Source of the DNA: Vicugna vicugna
Lineage: Eukaryota
Direction of reading: 5' to 3'
Length of the DNA stretch: 64,000 bases
NCBI GenBank assembly: GCA_013265495.1
Contig: MU058781.1
Coordinates: 9,405,009-9,469,008, forward strand
The notes beneath the pieces were generated by a model. It was given only the letters and a program-made list of their open reading frames with translations. It ran no database searches and was not told where the DNA came from. The translations under genes were made by a program, and so were the position numbers. Shown here one piece after another: positions 12,231 through 23,628 of this stretch; within the stretch, counting starts at the first letter, position 1, and each line of letters starts with the position of its first letter.

Positions 12231-12879
12231 CAGCTGGAGGGATTGTAACAGTGTCATGGTTATGTGAGCTCTTTAAACTATGTCTGGAAAATTCAATTTT
12301 CCTGGATCCCACCCTCGCACAAGCCTTCCCTCACTCCGCGAGTGCCTTTCCTTGCTTTGCCGTCAAATCTCTGGCCCGAAAGTCCTTCCCTGGTCAGAAG
12401 CACTTGATCCCGGCCACTGCTTTGTTCTGCATGTCCTGAGCACTCTTCCGAATTCCACTGGTACTCCGTTATGGATTCCTGGTCTGTTTCTCTGTCAATG
12501 TTATACCATTAAAAAAAAATTTCCCAGTCACCTTCCTAAGTGCAGGGGTCATTTTTGCTTCTTTATTCTCTCTTGGTCCCCCAGGCACAGTTGCCCCTAT
12601 GCATGTTGAGTGACACTGAACCATTCGTCCGGTGGGCATTACGGTGGAGAGTGAAACACAGATGGATGATGGCATTGGAGTTGGTTGCGTGGTAGGGGCC
12701 GAGTGGTGGGGATGCAGGGAGAGGGCAGCACTTACAAAAGGTGAAAGTTACCTGTATGCCCCAGGACTGAGTTTTCTGTAATGGAGGCATAGCAATATTC
12801 GCCAGGAAACAAATGGATGGACCAAAGCATTTAAGGTCTTTAGTAATTCTTCTTCTCCTTTTTTTTTTAATGCAGAGGC

Positions 12880-13020
12880 TTTTAAAATTGTATTTATTTA
12901 TTTGACGGGAGGAGGTAATTAGCTTTACTTATATATTATTTTTAGTGGAGGTACCAGGGATTGAAACCAGAATGTTGTGCATGCTGAGCACACACTCTAC
13001 CACTGAGCTGTACCCTCCCC
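12880..13020 (-). mobile_element. Camelid tRNA-derived SINE (Vic type)
   Basis: Reverse complement reads ggggagggtacagctcagtggtagagtgtgtgctcagcatgcac...tttcaatccctggtacctccactaaaaat...ctaattacctcc. Confidence 0.88.
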
Positions 13021-14677
13021 ACCCCAGGAAATATATGGCTTTATGATGGTCATAGAGCAGTGTAGCTAGCTCAAACTCTTGGGGAATGTGGTAAGGTAAA
13101 CATAAAGATAATATACTTTACTACCTTTTGGCATGTCGGTGACTCAAAACTGTGGCTTTGAGCATTTGATGCCATAGTAATCAATAGTTTGGTTCCCCGT
13201 TATCTGTATTCCTTTTAATCTCTGTCTGGGTAAACTTTCAGTAAATGCAGCTTCTTGCTTCTGTTTAGAGGCATTGACTGAAGGTGATAGAACTTGAGAG
13301 TTTTAAAATTGCATAGAACCTACCTTGTCTATTGTGTTCGTCAGACATCCTTCAGCATATTTGGTGAAGGTGGGCAAATTAAATTTGCCTTATCCAATAT
13401 CCTCTGAACCTGTAATGAGCTGCTATATGTTTTGTCATTTTTTTTTCTGCCCATAGCTGTTGTTTTCAGTGAAACTGTGTTCCAGAATTCTTTTTTCCTA
13501 TGAAAGTCATTTGTTTCTTTTACTTTTCAAGACGGCTTCTGTTCTTCTGCATGCAGGTGCCAGATTTAGTACAATATAAGGTGTGTAAGACAAAAAAAAA
13601 AAACCTGAAAAGCTATGGAATCTGGTATATCCAGTATATAATTGACATATTTATTTAAGAAGAAACATGTTACCACAAAGGACATGTATTTCTTAGCTTT
13701 GGAAAAGTTTTCAAGTGCATCAGTGCTTTAAAAAATCACCCTTGTGTTATCCAAATGTGAGGATGAGTGATTTGTCAGAAAGAAAAAGTGTGTTCCAAAT
13801 AGATCTCAAGTGATTTCTTTAATCATACATTCATATTATAGGCCTTTCTTTAAAAAAAAAAAAGGAAGCTGAATGTTTTTACTAAACCCTATGAAAATGC
13901 AATTATAAGCTACTGTGTCAGTTAGGAATTAGAAGTTCTTAGACCTGTGAATTCTTCCAAAGATCCATGAGCACACTAAGTTTGCGTACTGGAATTCATT
14001 TTAACCATGATTAAGTACAGAAGGAGAGCCTTTTAACTACTTCACTGCTAGCTTTTGCCACCATCAGCCATGGTTGAGTTTAACAGGATCAGAAGATAGA
14101 TTAATTTAACAAAAGATTTTTTTTTGAGAACCCTAAAAAATACAGGTATTTATAAATATTTTATTCTAGTCAACATTTTCTTCATTTACGCAAAATTATA
14201 ATTTGGTTTTGGAAAACACCCTGATTGGTTTTTATCTTGGTTTTAAACCCCGGAAGAAGTTCAGTCTCTATTAAAGCCATGATGAACCAGTGGATGAGCT
14301 AAGTGTGTTTGTAAACAAACCCACACCTTCAAGATTAAGAACAAAGCCATCTCGGTTGTGTGATGGGCTTAGTTAGGGATCAAAGACTAGACTGGAAATT
14401 GTGGCTTTTTCTTTGCCCAGTTGCCTGCTGCAGGCCACTCATTGAACACAATGGTTTACATTGAGAAAAAGTGACAATTCAGCCCCAGATACATCTGTCA
14501 TGATTGGAAATGTAACTCAGAGTATACAGGTCACTAATAGTAACTTCATAATTAGGTGAGAAGGGGAAATTTTACATTAACCCTATGTGCATGAAGGCAG
14601 AGCCATTTAGAGTTTCCGTTATGAATAATGGGATAATTTTATGAAAATATTGCATCTTTGGCAAACAAAAATGTATA

Positions 14678-14899
14678 TAGTCATCCCTTGGTATACTCCA
14701 GGGATTGGTTCCAGGTCTGGTCACAGATTCTAAAATCCATGGATGCTCCTGTCTCATAGTTGTCCCTCCAATATCCTTGGTTCTGGGTCCACAGATTCAA
14801 CCATCAACAGTTTGTGGAGTAATCTGTGTGTTTATTGAAAAAAATTGCACATATGTGAACTTGTGCAGTTCTAACTCATGCTATTCACGGGTCAGCTTG
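14678..14899 (+). mobile_element. TcMar-Tigger MITE, MER8/MER2B-like
   Basis: agtcatcccttggtat...gggattggttccagg...aaaatccatggatgctc...ttattgaaaaaaatt...gcagttctaactcatgctattcacgggtcag; same termini family as 7479-7760. Confidence 0.8.
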
Positions 14900-15620
14900 C
14901 ATACATTTGTTACTATGTTAGTAGACATGAAAACTCAGCAGTATGGGTTTCTTATGGAACTCTGGGGGTCAGTGTCTGGGTGATGGGTGACCTTATAGCA
15001 GATACATACAAAAATGGCACATCTGACATTTAGGATTTTTTAAAATTTGAAGTTACAAGGGAACCTATTTAAAAGGAGGTTGAAGCCTCATTTTTACAAT
15101 GTGCACTGTTATATTCATAGTAGGAACATTATACACTGCCAACCACGTCTCTTCTGCCTGTTCATTTATATCATCTCTATTACCCTGTATCTCCCAGAAA
15201 GTAGCTGTTGACTTGCCTCGTAACATTTAGTCAAAATTTCCTCATACCTTCATTCCATAGATTTTGAAAAGTTTGAACTCACTTCCCTCACCATCCCTTA
15301 TCAAGATTTCTTTGAATTTCTAGGGATCTTTTGGCCATTGGTTGTTTTAAGCTCTTTTTCCAACTGAGTTCTTAGTCTCATTTATGTGTCCCCTTTTCTC
15401 GCACAAAATCAGACATGAGCCTAAAATTTCTTTCCATGATTTTCACAGGAAAAAAATCACACCCTGCATTATGAATGTAGAGGTTTTTTACTGAAAGAGG
15501 GTTTAGAATCATAGTAATAGCAGTAATTTAAAACTGATAGCCAACATCCCTGTCTGTCAGTGTCTTACTGGCCATCCTTTCTCCATAGACTGGGATTTTT
15601 CAGGTTGCTGATCCTTTGTT

Positions 15621-15647
15621 CTCTCTCTCTTTCTCTCTCTCTCTCTC
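15621..15647. repeat. (CT)n microsatellite, interrupted
   Basis: ctctctctctttctctctctctctctc. Confidence 0.85.
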
Positions 15648-16639
15648 AAATTTCCATAAAATTGTGGCATAGAGAGGTTTAGCTACACTGTCTCCTCTCT
15701 CTCCTGCCTCCCTTGCCCCCAAGTGACTCATAAAGATGTTTTCCTAAATAACGGCAGTTCAGTAATTCTTGTTTTCCCCACAACAAATACACTTGTCATG
15801 CAAAATACTGCCAACTTCTCAGCTCATTAGCTATCTTTCTCTCTGTGTTTCTCTATCTTGGAGCTTATCTATAGATTTTTTTGTTTGTTTCATATTATGG
15901 CAGGCTTTGATTACTCTGGCCATCTGTGCCAAGGCAGGAAGGCATTGGTACTCACCAACCCAGTGGCAAAGTAAGAGTCATCTTGATTGCTTCTCGTGCT
16001 TTTCCACATTGTGGCCCATAAGATATTGTAAGGCACACATGCCAGAGTCAACGGATAAAGTTGCACATGGCCAATGATGACTGGTCTGGGGCCCCAGCTG
16101 TTCCGAAGTCTCTGGCCATCCAGGCTCCATCCAGCCAACCCAGGACTGAGGAGATCAATATGGAAGCACAACTGTAAACATCGCATGGCCACCTGTCAGG
16201 AAGGCCTAGAATATGGTAGCCTCACTCGGGCCAGGGAAAAATCAAAGCAGCTCCTCATCTGTTTGGGTCAAAAGGCTCTATTTGGGACTTCTTGTGATAC
16301 TTCAAGGAGATGTATAGTTTTTCATACATAGTTAAGTATATACTGCATTAAGTTGTATTACCTTCAATTGTGGAACTCTTGAAAATACAAAACCCAAAGC
16401 CTGCTGTACACTACCGGTGTTACTGGATTGTATTTCTTTAAGTCAGGTTTCCAAATGTACTACATTAAGATGCATCATAAAAACACTATCTTTTGTGTTT
16501 ATTGTTATTTTAACATTCTAGGCATTGCTCCTTTTAATTAGCTGGATAATTTAAAGGGGCTTTAGAACATCTGTAGGAGAATCACCTTAACACGTGGATG
16601 GTTAATTCCAAAGCTCATTTTCAAAAGACATGGAGTGCT

Positions 16640-16975
16640 GTCATTCATTTTTGTCATTCAGTTATTCATTCAAGAAATTTTGGCTGGAGGCTGGGTATGT
16701 GGTAACGAGAGAAAGTAAAAAAGTATGGCAAAATTGCACCTTCCAGGAACTATGGAAACTACAGTCCAACAGAGAGACAATCCTGGGCTAGTTGAAGCAT
16801 TAAATTTACAGATGAAAGAGTTTATTGTTAAGTGCCAAAATTGTAAATAACAACAATGGAAGAGGAATTTCCCCCCAATGCCTGCTCAAGGTGAGGGAGC
16901 ATTGTTAGGGAGTAAGGTATAATTTTAGTTAGTTCTTGAAGGATGAGTAGGATCCAGAATAGCTAGAAGTGAGGC
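16640..16975 (-). mobile_element. L2 3' fragment
   Basis: (cattc)-type tail, caccttccaggaact..acagtc, and ttcttgaaggatgagtagga. Confidence 0.6.
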
Positions 16976-17029
16976 AGCCCTAAAACCATGGGTTCTTGCA
17001 GAGTTCAGTTTAGTGTAATAAAGAACTTG

Positions 17030-17550
17030 AACCTAAATGTCTATCAACAGATGACTGGATAAAGAAGGAGTGGTATATGTATACAGTGGAATACTACTCA
17101 GCCATAAAATGAAACAATGCCATTTGCAGCACCGTGGATGGACTTAGAGATTACTATATTGAGTGAAGTAAGTCAGACAAAGAAAGACAAATATCATATG
17201 ATATCATTTATATGTGGAATCTAAAAAAAAGATGCAAATTCTATTTATAAGACAGAAATAGACTCACGGACATAGAAAACAAATTATAGTTACCAAAGGG
17301 GAAAGGGTGTGGAGGGATAAATTAGGGACTGGGGACTAACAGGCACATATGACTATATATAAAATAGATAAACAAGGACTTACCATATAGCACAGGGAAC
17401 TGTATTCAGTTTCTTATAATAACATCTAATAGAGAAGAATCTGAAAAGAAAATCTATATGTCTGTATATGTATAACTAAATCACGTTGCTGCCTACCTGA
17501 AACTAACACTGTAAATCAACTACGCTTCAATAAAAAAAATAAAGAAAAAA
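17030..17550 (+). mobile_element. 5'-truncated artiodactyl-type L1 (ORF2 end, 3' UTR, A tail)
   Basis: aacctaaatgtctatcaacagatgactggataaagaag...atatagcacagggaactgtattcag...gtaaatcaactacgcttcaataaaaaaa; imperfect TSD aataaagaacttg (17017-17029) / aagaaagggcttg (17551-17563). Confidence 0.92.
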
Positions 17551-18579
17551 AAGAAAGGGCTTGTTTTAAAATAAAATACCTTTGAGAAGATTGGTAAACA
17601 TTGAAACTAAGAGTTTTTCTAAGTAAAATTGTACTTATTTGAATGAAAGAGAGGGCAAAATGAAGAAATGATCAATGATGTTGGCATAATTCTAGTGTAA
17701 AACGATCCAGAATAATTTATTCACTAAATATTGGCAAAGGACCTCGTGTTAGCTGTTCAGATGGGCGCTTATTGTTCTGATAATGGAGAATAAGTGTGTC
17801 AAAATTGTTGCCTGCTAAGAGAGCAGAAATAGGAATAATACGCATTTTTAAGACCCTGTAAATATTTTATTTGTTCATAGCCAGCACCTTTATTGAAGGG
17901 AAACACTTTTGCTATTTTGTGACAATTTATCTTGTTAGACGTGCTGCAAGATCTGATTGATGATGAGAGAAATAAGGATTGTCCATCTGCCTCCTCACCC
18001 CAACTCAGAGGAACTCGCTTAAAAGTTATTTATTTTCCTCTTTTCATAAGAATTCCTTTAGGGACTGTAATAGAAATGATGTAAAACTGTGATTTTTGAG
18101 TTCCTCTGGGCTAGGGGGTCAGGACTGTTTTAAATTCCTAGAAAGAAGCAAGACAAAATTCTTCTTGGTTTTGTTCTTGAATGTCCTGGTCTGAATAAAT
18201 TCTTCTCCTGAGTTTTGAAAATTAGTGTATTTGGAAAGTTGGCAGAGAATTAGACTGTAGAGGGGCCAGAGAGGGAAAAAAGAAACACAAAAGAGCCTAG
18301 CTATCCTGTTTTTGTTGTTGTCATCAGTAGAACAAGTCAAAAATTGAGATTCTTTTTGCCAATTGAGAAGAAATAGACTCTTAGACCCGCTGAGCAGGTT
18401 AAACTTGTTTGGGAAGGCTTGCAATCTGAAACTTGAAATTGTTCATACAGTTCAGTTTATAAAGCAGCCACCTAGAGCATTTATCATTCATTCATTCATT
18501 CACTCATTCATCCTTTAATGTTTTATACCTACTTCCCAGGTAAGCTACCAGGTGTGTGAGGGTGGCCACACCTCTTTTT

Positions 18580-18712
18580 GTGTTGCTTGTTCCCCCCCCA
18601 ACATATTCATACAGTATGAGCATCTTTCCAAGCCAAAACATCTAGATTCCATTTACTTGTATGAGTGGCTTGGCAGTATTGGATGTGTCATAAATTATTC
18701 AAGGAGTTTCCT
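18580..18712 (-). mobile_element. Old L1 (L1ME-like) fragment
   Basis: gagcatctttcca...tggcttggcagtattggatgtgtcataaattattcaa. Confidence 0.4.
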
Positions 18713-21700
18713 TTAAAAAAGTGCAGGAAAACTTGTCAGTTCTCATAATTAAGTTAGAGAAGACATTTAATATTTATTTATTTAATTTATTTAAAGAATT
18801 CCACAAGCCTTCAGAGGGGGTCTTTTTATGCGAATTAGATACGGCACATAAAATACTTCAAATAGAAAAATCCGAAGCTAAAATCACCCCTAAAGGACAA
18901 AATACATTATGTCTTTACAGGTCCACACACAGCGACAAGACAAGCACTCTCTGGGCTGCATGAAAGTCTGCAGCTTGCACTGGCCTCCATTCTTTTCAAG
19001 GAGGAATCTGCTGTGGATTGTTCCATTGCCTTCCTCTGCGCATGTTCCATCATGGCAGGACTTTCGCTCTCTAACTGCTCTCCATATTCATGGAGAGGCA
19101 CCTCCCTTCCCAGCCTCTCTGAGCTGGCAGGCATCATGCATAAGTTTGAGTGTCCTGAAGATGTGTGGAAGTCTGCCCACCAGGGCATCTTCTAGTCAAG
19201 ACTTACTCTGCTGTTTTATTATGAATAGAGCTGGAGCCCCTCTTCTTTAAGGTTTGGTACAAGACCTGGTCCTGTTTTTGGAGAATCTGCTTCCTTCCCT
19301 CCCTCTGAACATCTTGATGTTTTGGTCTGGCTGACTATAATGATCCTGATTTATTTTATTTTACCTACATGGGTCAAAAATATCAAATCCATCAATTCAC
19401 ATCTCTGTAAACATCATTATATAAAAGTAATTTGAAGATGGTTTTCCATGCAACAAAGAACAATATATCATATCTTTAATTTTGGCCCCAAAGTTGAAAT
19501 AAATAAGTGTTTAAACAAAATGGATTCATTGGGAAGTCAAACGCAAACATTGCTGAGGAAGAAATGTGGTATGTATTATCTCTTTAGGAGTTTACCAAAG
19601 ATAGCACTTTTGGAATTTGAGAAATAAATCCTTGCAGAGATATACAGAATTAATCCTACCTTTTGAATTATTGTAGTGGGAGAGGGCTTTTTTTGTTGTT
19701 GTTTGTTTAAAACTCAGTGAAGTCTGATACTTTTGTCTAAAATCCACTTGGCTTCATTTTGTTTGACATCACTGAACAGCACAAAGCAACCTTATCCAGC
19801 ATGATTCCCATTCTTTAAAAAAAAATTAAAATGGGTCAGTGAGAAGATAAAAACTTAATTCCTTTTAAACAGAGGAACTTGAGAAAACTATAAAGTGTCT
19901 ACCCAAAAGAAGATATTTCCACGATTGGTAGCTCAGTAATTTAGAATAGATTGGTTGATGTCTAAATGTAAAATGATAGCTGTACCAAGATATATTTGCG
20001 AAATAGGAAATCTCTAGAAAATAATGAAAAATTATAAGCCATGCCCCCTACACAAGAGTCAGCAAAAACAGATTGTGGAAATACAAGAAGACAGAGTTCA
20101 TGTTAGTCATGGTAGGGGGTGGAGAAAATTGGAGAATTAGGCACACTCAGAAAAGCCCTGTACAGACAACGGTTCATACGAAGGCTGCCTGATTGCAAGC
20201 ATTTCTCTTAATATCATCTTATAGCACTTATGTCCACCTGTGCACTGTCTTAAAAGAACTTACACCTCTCGACAGTCTTGGTTCAGTGCACACCATGTCC
20301 TTTTATTGTTCTGAGCCATATTCATTTCACAGGGGTGATGATGCAACTGATTACAGAATCAGTTAATTTGAAATAGATACAGCAAAAGAACTGTGAGTCA
20401 TGAAATGTTTTTATTACTTCTTTTAGATTCTCATTTCCTTTGGTCATGGTCTTATGGGAGATTTAAGCAGTAATATAATTTTGATTTCTCTTTTTGGCAG
20501 TCTTTGCCCATGAGAAGGCAATCTTCCCTGTACTGTTTTTATAGAGTATATTCTGTGTTTTAAAGAAATCAGTTGTTCACTCACTGATAATGTATCAAGT
20601 ACCTACTAAGTGTCCAGCACTGCATTAGGTGTTAATCTGATATTATTTCCATTTTTTTTCAAATTGTCTTTTTTACTGGATTGAAAAAAAATGGGCATTT
20701 GCATAGACTAGAATGGAGATTTTTGTTTTCTTTACCAGTTGTTTGCTGGTTACCTGAATGTGGACTAAATGGTTAGTTTCTTGGTGTTCCCACAGCATCT
20801 ACCCTTCAGAGTTTTCAAGGCACTACTATGGAATTAAAATGAATTGATTCCCTCAGTGCCGGCCAAACTCATGGATTGGTGTTACTTCAGAATAATGCTG
20901 ACTTTTAATGAACAGAATAGATTTGTATGGAAATGCCATTTTCAGAGAGAGAACCAGAGTTGGGATTTAATTTTCCCCTGAAGTTTTGCATTGAAAATTT
21001 GCCCCAGGCCTGCTCTGTCCTTATCCTTGGGTCATTCCAGAATTACCGCTTTTTTCCTGCTTGGGATTCATAAAGGTAAGAAGGGCAAACAGTCTGTTTT
21101 GCAGTGCAGTTATTTTTACTTTCCCATAAAATCATTTTCTCTGTCTTATTCCAACTGCCTTGTACAGATCACACAAGAAGAGTGAGTGTGAAGATGAATT
21201 CAGGGCAGCACTGAGGTCCTTTGCCTGCCCTGAACTGCAAGATTTTTTTTTTTGCATGAAATTACAAGTTCATATTCACGGCTCAACTTTCAAACTTTAA
21301 TGGAGGAGCTAGTCTTTCTTCTTCAGTGGTGTTATCAGTCAATTAAGTTTGTATTCTGCATCCTGTCTTAATATTTCCCTTCTCTGAGCTTCTCTGCAGC
21401 CCCAGAGATCAGATTCTCTGCATGTGTCAAACTTCCTTTTCTCTCCTCGTATTTCTTTCTTCTAGGATCTGTAAAGTGTCCAAGTTCTCAGAGCTCTCTT
21501 AAAAACGGATCAAGTCCAGAGGGACCAGTGCCGACTTCTCATTAATCTTGCAGCATTTCAAATGCACGGGTTTGCACCAGGAGAGGTGGGAGAGAGAGAG
21601 AGTGAAGGCTTCTCTCCAGGAAAGGAAGGCACTGCCTCCACGTCTGGGGCAGGGTTCCTGCCTTAAAGTTCACTCTCTTCAAGGTGAATCCTGCGCTGAG

Positions 21701-22299
21701 TGGTACGGGGACCAGTCACTTGAATTTACGGGGTTAAGTTTGGCTGGGACCCTGTGACTTAGCTCTGTGGTCCAGGAAGCATATGTAAATTCACTGAACT
21801 CCCAGGCCTTTCTGTCCTAAAGGAAGAGGATTAGGGGAATCCAAGAGTCTTGACCTTACTCGGAGGCTGAGTTATAACTCGAGCCTGTTTGAACTAGCAC
21901 AGCTTGAGTTGCATACTTGAAATGAAGCTTAAATCAAAATATTCTCCACTCTTCCCATATTCTGATGGGAAATTTATTAAATGTTCAAGTCTAATCTGAA
22001 AGCAAACGTATCTTTGAATACAACTGTGCAGTGCCATTTAATAGTGTTTATGACTTGAGGGATGAGTGTCTGGGACTAATAACCCAGAATGGAGAGGGAA
22101 TTCTTGGCCCTCCTTCCCAATCTGGACCTGTCTGGAAGTGTTTATTTGTACGAAGTTTTCCAGTCTGAACGTCTGTTTCGTTGTTTAGATTCTGCCTGAA
22201 TAAACAGGCGGAATGATAAACTTCCTCTTCAGGTGAGGTTTTTAACTTTTGAACCAGACCATGGCCTCTAAGCCATGGCTTTCCTGTCCAGAAGCTGCA

Positions 22300-22447
22300 T
22301 GATTCAGTTCTGCAAATGCTTTTGGGAGGCCCTACTGTGTGCCCAGACCTGCACTGTGTACTCATGCCATAATGATAATGACTGATACATAGTCCCTTAT
22401 GAAGTTGTAGTCTTTTGGGGAAAGTGAATCTGACACACATGAAATAA
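22300..22447 (-). mobile_element. L2 3' fragment
   Basis: gcaaatgcttttgggaggccctactgtgtgcccagacc...gatacatagtccct..gaagttgtagtct. Confidence 0.6.
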
Positions 22448-23084
22448 GATGCTTATTTAGGAAAATCCTCAAGTGGATGTGGTCAAATGTCATAATGTCA
22501 AATGTCAAACTCAACTCAAGCAGATGTTTTAGCAAATTCAACGTAGCAATCAGGAAGAGGAAAAATGAGTGTTGGAGAAAAGGGGGGAAAATTTGATGAA
22601 ATAAATTGGATTTGAGATGGTCTATGTAGAATGTATTCAATTTTGGGTGCTAGATTTTTAAAGGAGTAACCAACACAATTAGATGAATCTTTCCATCTGG
22701 GTACCACACATGGGTTATATGTGTGCTACACAACCGTGACCACAACCCCGGGAGGGGCCTGAGCCGAGAGTCCCCACACTGGTCAGCACTGCCCCAAACC
22801 CTCATCTGTTTCTCCCAAATGCTGCACCAGTATGATCATTTTCTCTGTACATATGACATGAACAATAGGCAGCACCAGATTAGAGAATTTTTTGGATGGC
22901 AGAGAGTTTTGAAACCAGGTCTCATGAGGAATAGTTGAAGGGTGAGACCAAAATAAGCTTGAAACTGAGAAGATTGGGAATAAACATAATAGTAGTTTTC
23001 AACATTGCGAAGACTATCATGTTACAAAACAAGGTGATTTGTCAATCTAGGTGCAGAATTGGGCCTGTTGGATGGATGTCTCAG

Positions 23085-23280
23085 TGAACCTACAAGAATT
23101 CAGCTCAAATAAGAGTTTTCTCACAATTCAAATGTCTTGACAGAGCACTGTTTTTCAGAGCAGTGATTTCCTCATCCCTAAAACTGTGAAGGAAAAGTTG
23201 GATGCCTGCTTGTCCGGCTGTGTGGAGAGAGTGGCAGGGTTGGACTGAGTGGACTCCATGGTTCTTTTCCATTCTAGTAG
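23085..23280 (+). mobile_element. L3/CR1 3' end fragment
   Basis: ttcagctcaaataagagttttctcaca...aagttggatgcctgcttgtc...gggttggactgagtggactccatggttcttttccattct resembles the CR1/L3 3' terminus. Confidence 0.55.
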
Positions 23281-23578
23281 CTTGATCTCTGGGTGTGTAT
23301 TTAGGGAACCCAGGCAAGTAGACAGTAAGGTGGCAGAGAACCACAGCATGAACCATCATGTCAGGGGAGCCAGGAGGAGAACTGGAGATTTCTCTGCGTC
23401 AGGTGCATGTTGAGGGTGACAAAAGCATGAGATCGATAGCTGAGAACTATACAGATTCTGATGGGCAGTGGGGAACGTCTTGCTTCCTGTTCTGGGACAG
23501 GATATGATAAAACCAGCATTGAGGAAGCTTTGCTTTCTATCCTATGTTCAAGGGATGTAGGAGAGAAGGAGGGAAGGG

Positions 23579-23583
<5 letters not shown>

Positions 23584-23619
<36 letters not shown>

Positions 23620-23628
23620 TGAGAGAGA
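23584..23628. repeat. (AG)n microsatellite
   Basis: About 13 perfect AG units (23584-23610) with an imperfect extension. Confidence 0.92.

Noticed and set aside
16068..16152. C/D-box snoRNA-like arrangement (ATGATGA at 16074, CTGA at 16146), 5' end loosely like SNORD113/114
   Set aside because: No convincing terminal stem, no recognisable internal boxes or guide, and no tandem copies. An Rfam/Infernal search would settle it.
15900..16300. Possible old DNA transposon remnant
   Set aside because: I could not match it to a specific family or find terminal inverted repeats, so it is left unannotated.
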